Source of the DNA: an uncultured Chloroflexia bacterium
GTDB lineage: Bacteria; Chloroflexota; Ktedonobacteria; Ktedonobacterales; JADMIN01
Reading direction: 5' to 3'
Assembly (NCBI GenBank): GCA_963718915.1
Contig: CAVRAI010000014.1
Span: 150,001 to 182,000, forward strand
Length of the DNA: 32,000 nucleotides
The notes beneath the pieces are model-generated. The model saw only the letters and a program-made list of their open reading frames with translations. It made no database searches and was not told where the DNA came from. Every line of letters begins with the position of its first letter. Positions within the stretch are counted from its first letter, which is position 1. The translations under genes were made by a program, and so were the position numbers. Shown piece after piece: positions 1 to 7,556 of this stretch.

Positions 1-162
1 TTCGCGGTCGGCGGCGCCGAGGCTATCATCGAACGCGGCGGGATCGAGCGCGAACCAGGCGGGAACCGGAAAGCCCGCCTGTTGGAGGCTCGCCAGCGCG
101 GCAGCCTTCCCGCCGATCCGGCTGGCAGTGGCGTCTGCTGTTGGCTGGATGATGTAGCGCAT
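1..162 (-). CDS. PEP/pyruvate-binding (PPDK_N / PEP-synthase-like) domain protein; only the first 54 codons are present and the gene runs off the left edge
   Basis: My translation of the reverse strand from ATG 162-160 gives MRYIIQPTADATASRIGGKAAALASLQQAGFPVPAWFALDPAAF. The IGGKAxxL...GFPVP opening is typical of PEP-utilising enzyme N-termini. GGAGG (175-171) lies 8 nt upstream. Confidence 0.6.
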   Translation of the reverse strand, partial: MRYIIQPTADATASRIGGKAAALASLQQAGFPVPAWFALDPAAFDDSLGAADRE

Positions 163-191
163 CGGTGAAACCTCCACAGGTCAGGCGAACG

Positions 192-1178
192 TCAGGCGAA
201 CGTCAGGCGTAGCGCCAGTGGAATCGCGCCGAGGCTCAGATAGAGCGCCAGCGTCCAGAGGCCAGAGACCAGCTCAATCGGTTTGCCACTGCCTGGCGCG
301 GGGCGCCGCAGGAAGCGCAATCCTATCACGACCGCCAGCGCGGCCACAGCTACGTAGGCGACGATCTCCCACGGCGTCTCGATCTGGAAAGTGGCCAGCG
401 CCGCCCCAATCGCCGTAACACCGAGCGCAATCAGCCAGACGAGCACGGCGCGCTGGCGTCCCCAGAGCGCGCTATAGGTTTCCACACCATATTCTTCGTC
501 TTCAGGCGCGCGAATCTTGCGCCCAACTTCGAGAATGAAGCCATTGCAGAAGCTGACAAAGAGCAGAATGCCGAGGCCGAGCGGCGGCGCGACATTGGCG
601 ACGCGCCAGTCGCAGGCGGTGCCGTAGAGGTCGATCAGCGGCAGGATCAGCATGTGGCTCCACATGTAAGCTGTCGGATGCGCCTTGAGCCAGTCGCGCA
701 CGAAAAACTCGCGGCACATCAGCCCCAGGTACGCCCACGTCACCAGCAGGAACGGCAGCAGCGCCGGAGAGAGCCAGAACGCCAGCAGCGTCTGCACGCC
801 GCCCGCCACCACCGCGACAATGGCCAGTTCGCGTAACGTAATGAGGCCGCGCGGCACCGGACGATACGGGCGATAGCGGGCGTCCTCGTCGGCGTCTTTG
901 AACTCGTCAGCGATCCGCATCTCCAGGAAGAAGAGCAGCGCCGTGCAGAAGGCGACCACAATCGCTTTGAGCGACGGCAGCGCCACGACACCACGCGCCA
1001 GCATTGAGAAGGTGAGCGTGCAGAAGCTGAACGCGGCGATCAACGGGATATGAGTAGAAAGCGGGAAGCGCTCGCGCTGATAAATCCACCAGCGCGCCAG
1101 TAGCGATGGGCGCTGCTTCGCGCGTAGCGTGGTAGCCGCAACGTCATTCTTTGCCTGAATGGGCGCGTCGTTAGGCAT
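192..1178 (-). CDS. UbiA-superfamily membrane prenyltransferase
   Basis: Polytopic hydrophobic protein with an Asp-rich motif RIADEFKDADEDARYRPYRPVPRG (UbiA-type NxxxDxxxD / RPxPxG region). I placed the start at the internal ATG 1178 (MPNDAPIQ...), which overlaps the upstream HMGR stop by 8 nt. The track ORF extends to 1268. Confidence 0.8.
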   Translation of the reverse strand: MPNDAPIQAKNDVAATTLRAKQRPSLLARWWIYQRERFPLSTHIPLIAAFSFCTLTFSMLARGVVALPSLKAIVVAFCTALLFFLEMRIADEFKDADEDARYRPYRPVPRGLITLRELAIVAVVAGGVQTLLAFWLSPALLPFLLVTWAYLGLMCREFFVRDWLKAHPTAYMWSHMLILPLIDLYGTACDWRVANVAPPLGLGILLFVSFCNGFILEVGRKIRAPEDEEYGVETYSALWGRQRAVLVWLIALGVTAIGAALATFQIETPWEIVAYVAVAALAVVIGLRFLRRPAPGSGKPIELVSGLWTLALYLSLGAIPLALRLTFA

Positions 1179-2448
1179 CGCCGCCGCCTTCCTGGTGATT
1201 CGGGCGCCGACCATCGCGCGCCAGCTTGCGGTGCGCGCTCGCGAAGTGGCCCGCGCAGAGCGCTCCAATCAGCGAAAGCTCGCCCGCGAGGCAGAGTCCG
1301 GCGCAGACCTCCGCCAGCGCGGCGGCGTGTCCCGACCCGGCAAGACCCATTAGTTCCAGGCAGGCGTGCTGGCCTGGCAGCCCCGTGCCTCCGCCAACCG
1401 TGCCGACGATGATGCTGGGCAGCGTCACCGCGGCGTAGAGGTCGCCTGCCGCAGTCACTTCCATCCGGGTGACGCCCATCGCCGACTCCGCGACGCAGGC
1501 GACATCCTGCCCAGTGGCCAGGTAGAGCGCGGCCAGCCCGTTGGCGTAGTGGCCCTGCGCGCCGAGCGTGCCGCTGAGGACGCCGCCGAGCGCGCCCATG
1601 CGGAAGTAGTCGGCCATCCGCGCTGGCGTTGTGCGCAAGCGCCGCCGCACCAACTCCTCTGGAATGGTCACCTCCGCGCTGACCCGCCGCCCGCGCACGC
1701 CCACGAACGAGCGGGCGCTGGCCTTCTTGTCGCCGGAGTAGTTCGCCTCCAGGAACCAGTAGTCCGGCTGGATGGGCGTCTCGGCGAGAATATGCGCGCA
1801 GATTGCCTCGGTCGCCAGTGTCACCATATTCTGCCCGGCGGCGTCGCCCGTGGTGAAGTCGAGATGTAGATAGACGTGGTTGCCCTCGATCACCGCGCGC
1901 ATCTCTTTCAACCGCCCATGGCTGGTGGTGGTGGCGACGCAGCCGTTGAAGACGAGCCGCTGCGCCAGCGCCCATTCGGCGAATTGCGCCGCCTCGCGCA
2001 GACTGGCGAAGGCGAATCCTGGCGAGCGCCCGATGCCCTCGGCCAGCACCAGCGCCGTGCACCCGCCCGCCTCGGAGATCAGTTGCGCGCCCCGGCTGTA
2101 AGACGCGACCAGCGCCGCCTCAGTCGTCGCCAGCGGCAGGTAGTAGTCGCCCCGCGCGTGGACGCCTTCGATGCGGAGCGGCCCCGCCAACCCAATCGGC
2201 ACCCGCACCGCGCCGATACAGTTCTCGATGCTGCCACGAAATTGCTCCAGCGAATCCAGCAGCTGGGCATCGAGCAGCGCCTCGCGGCTTTCTTGCGAGG
2301 CGGAGAGCAGTTGCCAGCGGCGCTCCACAACGGCGGGCGAAAGCTGGGTGCTGAGAGCGACCCTGGGCGCGGGACAGCGCGGTATCGGCACGGGACGTGC
2401 GCCTCTGCCGTGAGCGGTGTGTTGAAGTGTGCGGCGAGCGATGGCCAT
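1171..2448 (-). CDS. Class I hydroxymethylglutaryl-CoA reductase, soluble with no membrane domain
   Basis: Motifs IENCIGAVRVPIGLAGPL, LATTEAALVAS, SGDKKAS, DAAGQNM, GTVGGGT and C-terminal GHFASAH match the catalytic Glu/Lys/Asp/His regions of class I HMGR. GGAGAGGG sits upstream of ATG 2448. Confidence 0.9.
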   Translation of the reverse strand: MAIARRTLQHTAHGRGARPVPIPRCPAPRVALSTQLSPAVVERRWQLLSASQESREALLDAQLLDSLEQFRGSIENCIGAVRVPIGLAGPLRIEGVHARGDYYLPLATTEAALVASYSRGAQLISEAGGCTALVLAEGIGRSPGFAFASLREAAQFAEWALAQRLVFNGCVATTTSHGRLKEMRAVIEGNHVYLHLDFTTGDAAGQNMVTLATEAICAHILAETPIQPDYWFLEANYSGDKKASARSFVGVRGRRVSAEVTIPEELVRRRLRTTPARMADYFRMGALGGVLSGTLGAQGHYANGLAALYLATGQDVACVAESAMGVTRMEVTAAGDLYAAVTLPSIIVGTVGGGTGLPGQHACLELMGLAGSGHAAALAEVCAGLCLAGELSLIGALCAGHFASAHRKLARDGRRPNHQEGGGDA

Positions 2449-2457
2449 ACCCTCTCC

Positions 2458-3477
2458 TTATCCTGCGATCCGATCGGCATGCGCTGCCGCTGTGCGAACT
2501 CCATGGTGAAGCGCGTTGGCGAAGAATGCTATGAGCAGGCTCACATACGCCTCGGTCTCCCGGTGGAATGCCTGCGCGTGTGGCACGTTCGGTACGCGCC
2601 AGGTCACCACATGCGCCCGCGGATCAGACTCGGCGGCGAGCGCCAGATTGGTCAGACTCGACGCCGGGTTCATCGCGTCGGCGCCACCCTGTATCAGCAG
2701 CAGCGGACGCGGCGCAATCGCGGCGACCACCTCCACCGGGCGCACCGCGGCGACATCCAGGTGATAGAGCACGCGGGCGGCGCGCAGAATGCCGGGGGTG
2801 AAGAAATGTGGCAACTTGCTCCGCAGGGGCAACTCCCGCTCGATGGTTGGCGCCATCTCGGCATAGGCGGAGTCCGCCACCACGGCGCGGATTGCTGGCT
2901 CGTCCGCGGCAGCGTAAAGCAGCGCGCTGGCGCCCATCGAGATACCATAGCCGCCGATCCACACAGGCCGCGCCATCTCAGGATAGGGGAGCACGCCCTC
3001 GCGCAGGAAATCCACCGCGCCGAGGATATCGAGTTGCTCGGAGTAGCCGAGCGTGAAGGGCGCGATCTGCGACTCGCCGTGGCCGCGCATATCGAACGCC
3101 AGCACGGCGAATCCGGCGCGGGCCAGCGCGCAGCACAGTTCGAGCAGGCCAATGGCGGGATCGGTGCGGTTCTGCCACGCGCCATGGATGGCGATGATGG
3201 TGCGCTCTAGCGTTGGCTGGCCGCCAGCGCCAATGCCGGGAATCAGCCAGCCACGGAGCGCTATTCCATCGTCGCGACTGAGGAAGGAGACGTCGCGGAA
3301 GTCCAGCCCGTAGTCGGCGGGCGTCTGCTCGATGGCAAGCGGTTTGGAGAAGGCGAGCCTGCGGGCGGCATAGGCGCAGACGCCGAGATACGCGGCCAGT
3401 CCGACGCCGGTTGCGCCCAGCGCCAGGAGTGCGGCCCGGCGCGCGGTTCTCCCTGTCTTGCGAGTGCGTTCGAGCAT
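2458..3477 (-). CDS. Membrane-anchored alpha/beta-fold hydrolase
   Basis: N-terminal TM helix (AALLALGATGVGLAAYLGVCAYA), oxyanion-hole HG (IIAIHGAW), nucleophile elbow GISMG, and later Asp and His candidates. The stop lies 9 nt upstream of the HMGR start. Confidence 0.8.
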   Translation of the reverse strand: MLERTRKTGRTARRAALLALGATGVGLAAYLGVCAYAARRLAFSKPLAIEQTPADYGLDFRDVSFLSRDDGIALRGWLIPGIGAGGQPTLERTIIAIHGAWQNRTDPAIGLLELCCALARAGFAVLAFDMRGHGESQIAPFTLGYSEQLDILGAVDFLREGVLPYPEMARPVWIGGYGISMGASALLYAAADEPAIRAVVADSAYAEMAPTIERELPLRSKLPHFFTPGILRAARVLYHLDVAAVRPVEVVAAIAPRPLLLIQGGADAMNPASSLTNLALAAESDPRAHVVTWRVPNVPHAQAFHRETEAYVSLLIAFFANALHHGVRTAAAHADRIAG

Positions 3478-3631
3478 GACGTTGATCCCTCCTTGTTGTC
3501 AAGTGTACGCAAGGGAGGAGAAAAACGTCACAAACAACCCGCAGAACGACCCGCAGAAGGCCTCGCATTTTTCGCATGAAAACACAACAAGAGGCTTACA
3601 CTAGCGCTCGAAGTTCGTAATGCGCTACGCC

Positions 3632-3674
3632 ATAAAATCTGCCTCATTCCCGGCTTTGGGTCGAGGATGAGGCA
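3632..3674 (-). terminator. Possible rho-independent terminator downstream of the M42 peptidase gene
   Basis: 8-bp stem tgcctcat (3640-3647) / atgaggca (3667-3674) followed on the minus strand by a short T run (plus-strand aaaa at 3634-3637). The loop is long (19 nt), so this call is weak. Confidence 0.3.
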
Positions 3675-3691
3675 GGCAGTAGGGTGCGCGG

Positions 3692-4765
3692 CTAGAGCGT
3701 ATAGTCGCCTTTGTGCGCATCTTCGAGATAGCGCGCCAGCAGGGTTGAGGCGGCGTCGAGGTCGCCCAGGTCCACCATCTCGTTGACCGTGTGGACGTAG
3801 CGCGTGGGAACCGAGATTGTCATCGCCGCCGCGCCGCCCCGCACCCGCTGCATTGCGCCCGCATCGGTGCCGCCGCGTGGAAGCACCTCCATCTGGTGCG
3901 GGATATCGTGGCGCTCGGCCACCTCGATCATGTGTTGCACCAGCTTGTAGTTGCTGATGGTCGAGGAGTCGAAGACCTTGATCGCCGCGCCGTCGCCCAG
4001 CCGCGTCACCGCGTCGGACTCTGGCATGCCGGGGATATCGAGCGCCAGGGTCACGTCGAGCGCGATGGCGACATCCGGCTCAACGGTATACGCCGAGACG
4101 CCCGCTCCGCGCAGCCCGACCTCCTCCTGCACCGTCGCCACCGCCAGCACATTGGCTTTGTGCGCGCCGAGTTTGCGCATCGCCTCGATCATCGTGAAGA
4201 CGCCCGCGCGGTCGTCCATCGCTTTGGCCGTCACGCGATTGCCCAACTGCTCCAGCGTCCGGTCCATCGTCACGAAGTCGCCGATGCGCACCTGCGCGCG
4301 AACCGTATCGGCGGGAAGTCCCAGGTCAATGTAGAGTTCTTCGAGTTTGGCCGCCTCGGGCTTGCCTTCCAGCAGGTGGATCGGCTTGCTCTGCGGCATG
4401 AAGACGCCGCGCAACGAACCGGACTCCCGCGTATGCGCCAGCACACGCTGCGCCACCAGCACGCGCGGATCGAAGCCGCCGAGCGGTTGCACCCGCAGCC
4501 AGCCGTCCTTCTCGATGTAGCGCACGATGAAGCCAATTTCGTCCATGTGCGCCGCGAGCATCACCCGACGGTCACTGCTGCCCTTCTTCAGCGCGATGAC
4601 GTTGCCGAGCGGATCGACGGTTAGCTCATCTACCAGCGGCTTGAGCTGCTCGATGACCAGCGCGCGCACCCTTTCCTCGCGCCCCGCGACGCCCGGCGTC
4701 TCGCTCAGCGCCTTGAGCAGCGCCACATTCACCGATGTCTTCTGATCGCTGTCGTGCTTTGCCAT
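3692..4765 (-). CDS. M42 family metallo-aminopeptidase (FrvX/CelM-like)
   Basis: Motifs AAHMDEIGFIV, KAMDDRAGV, VQEEVGLRGA and GGTDAG. Start set at the internal ATG 4765 (MAKHDSDQ...). Confidence 0.85.
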   Translation of the reverse strand: MAKHDSDQKTSVNVALLKALSETPGVAGREERVRALVIEQLKPLVDELTVDPLGNVIALKKGSSDRRVMLAAHMDEIGFIVRYIEKDGWLRVQPLGGFDPRVLVAQRVLAHTRESGSLRGVFMPQSKPIHLLEGKPEAAKLEELYIDLGLPADTVRAQVRIGDFVTMDRTLEQLGNRVTAKAMDDRAGVFTMIEAMRKLGAHKANVLAVATVQEEVGLRGAGVSAYTVEPDVAIALDVTLALDIPGMPESDAVTRLGDGAAIKVFDSSTISNYKLVQHMIEVAERHDIPHQMEVLPRGGTDAGAMQRVRGGAAAMTISVPTRYVHTVNEMVDLGDLDAASTLLARYLEDAHKGDYTL

Positions 4766-4884
4766 GCATCTCCCTCTTTTCCAGTACGATGCCACTCTCT
4801 GGGACCAGTATTTTCCGATTATAACACCCTCTTTGCCCACCTGGGCCTATGCTCATAGCATAGCAGCGCCACATGGCATGACGC

Positions 4885-4914
4885 TTGACCACGCCTCAGA
4901 TACACGCCTATACT
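4885..4914 (+). promoter_or_regulatory. Candidate sigma70-type promoter for leuB
   Basis: TTGACC (4885-4890), 18-nt spacer, TATACT (4909-4914), about 65 nt upstream of the leuB ATG. Pattern match only. Confidence 0.25.
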
Positions 4915-4978
4915 CAGCAAACGGGCGTATCTTACGACTCAACGACGAGGTAAAAACATCCGATGAAAGGATAGTGAT

Positions 4979-6100
4979 ATGGCATCAGGCGCGCGGACGA
5001 TTGTGGTTCTGGGCGGCGATGGCATCGGCCCCGAGGTGACGGGCGAGGCCGTGCGGGTACTACGCGCGGTGGAGCGCCGCTTCGGACTCAGGCTCGATAT
5101 ACGCGAGGCGCTGGCGGGCCAGGCGGCGGTGGATGCCGAGGGTGTCGCCATCACCGAAGAGACGATGGCCCTCTGCCGCGCGAGCGACGCTATCCTTTTC
5201 GGCGCGGTCGGTGGCGCGGCGGCCAGCCGTCCCGATGTGCCAAATCAGCCGATGTATGCGCTCTTCCGCCTGCGCAAAGACCTTGAACTTTTCGCCAATC
5301 TGCGTCCGGTGCGCCCAATGCCCGCTCTCGCCGGGGCGTCATCCATCAAGCGCGCGGTGCTGCGGGGCGTCGATCTGCTGGTCGTGCGCGAGTTGACCGG
5401 CGGCATCTACTATGGCCAGCCCAGCGCGATCACCGAAGGGGCAGCGGGAGTGGGCGCCTCGGCGGTGGATACGATGGCCTATACTGAGGCGGAGATCGAG
5501 CGGATTCTGCGCTATGCCTTCGAGTTGGCGCGTGGCCGCCGCAAGCAACTCACCTCGGTTGACAAAGCGAACGTGCTCAGTTGCTCGCTGCTCTGGCGGC
5601 GCGTCGCCGACCGCGTGGCGAAGGACTATCCCGATGTGGCGTTGCGCCATATGCTGGTGGACGCTTGCTCGATGGCGCTGATTCGCCAGCCGAGCGATTT
5701 CGACGTGGTTGTCACCGAGAATATGTTTGGCGATATCCTGACCGATGAGGCGTCCATGCTGGCTGGCTCGCTGGGGATGCTGCCCTCCGCCAGCCTGGGC
5801 ACGCGGCGCACGGCATCCGGCCAGTTCGGCCTCTACGAGCCGATTCATGGCACCGCGCCCGATATCGCCGGGCAGGGCAAGGCCAATCCGCTGGCGGCGA
5901 TTCTCAGTGCGGCGATGTTGCTGCGCCATTCGCTGGGACGCGAGCGGGCGGCGCGGGCGGTAGAGCGTGCGGTGCAGCGGGCAGTGGCGGCGGGCTCTCG
6001 CACCGCCGATATCGCCGGAGTCGGCGGCGTCAGCGGCACGGTCGTCTCGACGCGCGAGATGGGCGAGCAGGTGGCGCGGCTGGTCGCGGGCGAGGGCTAG
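4979..6100 (+). CDS. leuB: 3-isopropylmalate dehydrogenase (beta-decarboxylating dehydrogenase family)
   Basis: Motifs IVVLGGDGIGPEV, LFANLRPVR, VRELTGGIYYG, MFGDILTDEASMLAGSLGMLPSASLG and YEPIHGTAPDIAGQGKANP. No other leu genes lie next to it. Confidence 0.8.
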   Translation: MASGARTIVVLGGDGIGPEVTGEAVRVLRAVERRFGLRLDIREALAGQAAVDAEGVAITEETMALCRASDAILFGAVGGAAASRPDVPNQPMYALFRLRKDLELFANLRPVRPMPALAGASSIKRAVLRGVDLLVVRELTGGIYYGQPSAITEGAAGVGASAVDTMAYTEAEIERILRYAFELARGRRKQLTSVDKANVLSCSLLWRRVADRVAKDYPDVALRHMLVDACSMALIRQPSDFDVVVTENMFGDILTDEASMLAGSLGMLPSASLGTRRTASGQFGLYEPIHGTAPDIAGQGKANPLAAILSAAMLLRHSLGRERAARAVERAVQRAVAAGSRTADIAGVGGVSGTVVSTREMGEQVARLVAGEG

Positions 6101-6104
6101 CGTG

Positions 6105-6488
6105 TCACAGATGTTGCACCCAGTAGACGAGGGCCGATCCGAGTTCAGAGAGCAGGAAAGTTCCGGCGAACCACAGACAGCTCAGCAGCAGGCCAATCGC
6201 CGCTAACCAGCGTGTGCTGAGAAGCAGGGACTGTTTCGCGGCGCGATAGAGGCCAACGCCGCCAGAGATGATGCCCGCCACGGGCAACAGAGAGAAGCCA
6301 CATTCGAGCAGGGTGTACATCTGTTCGGGCAGCGCTGGGCCGGAAGAGCCAGGCGCATTACTCGCGCTGTTGGCGAGCATCATAGCGATAATCGTCAGCG
6401 GCCAGGTGATCGCGCAGACGAGGCTCAGGATCGCCGGGCCGTTATGGTTGCCTGGCGCGCGGTATTCATGATGGGTTGGCTGCGTCAT
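6105..6488 (-). CDS. Small hypothetical membrane protein with 3-4 predicted TM helices
   Basis: Hydrophobic segments ILSLVCAITWPLTIIAMML, FSLLPVAGIISGGVGL and WLAAIGLLLSCLWFAGTFLL. ATG 6488 is preceded by GGAGG. Convergent with leuB. Confidence 0.5.
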   Translation of the reverse strand: MTQPTHHEYRAPGNHNGPAILSLVCAITWPLTIIAMMLANSASNAPGSSGPALPEQMYTLLECGFSLLPVAGIISGGVGLYRAAKQSLLLSTRWLAAIGLLLSCLWFAGTFLLSELGSALVYWVQHL

Positions 6489-6513
6489 GACGATTCCCGC
6501 CTCCATAGCGGCT

Positions 6514-6891
6514 GGCGGTTAAAACCGCGCCTTGCGGGCCTCGCTGCGCTCCGCCACAAAACCCGCCGCCGCAGGTTCCAGAGACCTATCCTACGACACA
6601 TCTTACCAGGCAGGATCTGGGGAGTCCGCGTAGGCGGACTTCGTGGCCGACCAGAGGGAGGCCATTTAGGCGCGACTTATGGTGTTTCACAAATAACTGG
6701 GGACACTGCGCTGCCGTACGCGGGCGGTTGAAACCGCGCCTCTGGGGCCCGCGGCCACAAAACCTGCCTGCGCAGGTTGCACAGAACCGCCCGCCACCGC
6801 GTATCCTCCTGGAACACGCTCTCTGCAACCCGCGACGGCGGGTTTTGTGGCGGAGCGCCAGCGAGGCCCGCAAGGCGCGGTTTCAACCGCC
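6514..6891. repeat. Repeat family A: two direct copies and one inverted copy of a ~60-65 bp unit
   Basis: Unit ggcggttRaaaccgcgcc...ccacaaaacc.gcc.gc.caggtt occurs at 6514-6577 and 6723-6778 (direct) and 6827-6891 (reverse complement, near-identical to copy 1). A 7-bp stem hairpin agtccgc/gcggact lies at 6623-6640. Confidence 0.65.
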
Positions 6892-7002
6892 CGCGCTCCG
6901 ACGCGACGCGATTACTCTGTCCCTCGTATTTTGTAAAATTGCATCAGTCGCCAGCCGCCTTACGGACAGTTCTACGAATTGCCAACTGCACTGGGAGATG
7001 CC

Positions 7003-7221
7003 TTACCCCATCTTCGCGCGTGGGTCCGGCCCCATCGCGTCAAGTTGGCGCGCCAGTTCCGCCCGCTGCGCTGTCAGCCCCTCACGCTGCGTCGCCGTCG
7101 AAGCTGATCCGTTCGCCGCGTTCAGGCGCGCCAGCCGCTGATCCAGGCGGGCAATTTGCTCGCGCAAGAGCGAGACGCGCAACTCCCAGCGCATGATGTT
7201 TCGCTCGCGTCCGCCAGGCAT
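7003..7221 (-). CDS. Possible small coiled-coil protein of ~72 aa, hypothetical
   Basis: ORF with G/C-rich third codon positions and heptad-like content (LRVSLLREQIARLDQRLARLNAA...AELARQLDAM). ACGGAG precedes ATG 7221. It sits between the repeat clusters and I see no recognisable homology. Confidence 0.3.
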   Translation of the reverse strand: MPGGRERNIMRWELRVSLLREQIARLDQRLARLNAANGSASTATQREGLTAQRAELARQLDAMGPDPRAKMG

Positions 7222-7258
7222 AATAACGACTCCGTGAGGAATGGTGTGACATGGAGCA

Positions 7259-7440
7259 GAGTGCCGGAAGCCCAAAGGCCCCGGCGAATAGGCGGGAAAT
7301 TCGCCGTAGCGTTATGTAGTTTTACTTTTCTTCCGAACACCCTACGTCGTGGTAGGCGAGGCAGACCGTAGCATTCATGCTACGGCGAATTTCCCGCCTC
7401 AGGCCCATTCGCCGTAGCGTTCACGCTACGGCTTGCTCAC
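7259..7440. repeat. Repeat family B, locus 1: REP/MITE-like hairpin repeats
   Basis: The 29-nt string gtgccggaagcccaaaggccccggcgaat (7261-7289) is identical to 24622-24650. Hairpins ccgtagc-N6-gctacgg lie at 7366-7385 and 7412-7431. The same modules recur at 24.6 kb and 31.4 kb. Confidence 0.7.
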
Positions 7441-7556
7441 CCCACCGCAATGCCCGTGTCCGTCGTAAATTGTAAAAGCACATTACGCTACGGCGCGCTC
7501 CCTTTAATACAAACCCCCCCCAACGGCGTGTCCAGCTGCCAGCCGCCCGGCGCCAT

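Noticed and set aside
1040-3210. Long ORFs 1040-2062 (-, 340 aa) and 1876-3210 (+, 444 aa) overlapping the HMGR and hydrolase genes
   Set aside because: They are Arg/Ala/Gly/Pro-rich shadow frames typical of high-GC DNA, have no motifs, and fully overlap genes with clear catalytic signatures.
3791-4624. 277-aa plus-strand ORF antisense to the M42 peptidase gene
   Set aside because: It is an antisense shadow ORF with R/H/A-rich composition, while the opposite strand carries the unmistakable M42 motifs.
4915-4978. Leucine attenuator, T-box or leader peptide upstream of leuB
   Set aside because: The ~60-nt leader has no Leu-codon-rich mini-ORF, no T-box specifier or antiterminator pattern, and only a trivial 4-bp hairpin.
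6444-7196. Cluster of 69-139 aa ORFs on both strands in the leuB-cheA intergenic region
   Set aside because: Their peptides (KPRLAG..., GFNRP, FQPPA) are translations of repeat family A in different frames and orientations, with no SD or consistent frame. Only the 7003-7221 ORF outside the repeats was kept, at low confidence.
6514-7440. CRISPR array interpretation of the intergenic repeats and the short tandem repeats at 181, 14228, 15461, 16140 and 19254
   Set aside because: The repeats occur in mixed orientation with irregular spacing and shared spacer sequence. The tandem arrays have 10-13 bp periods with no spacers, and no cas genes are present.
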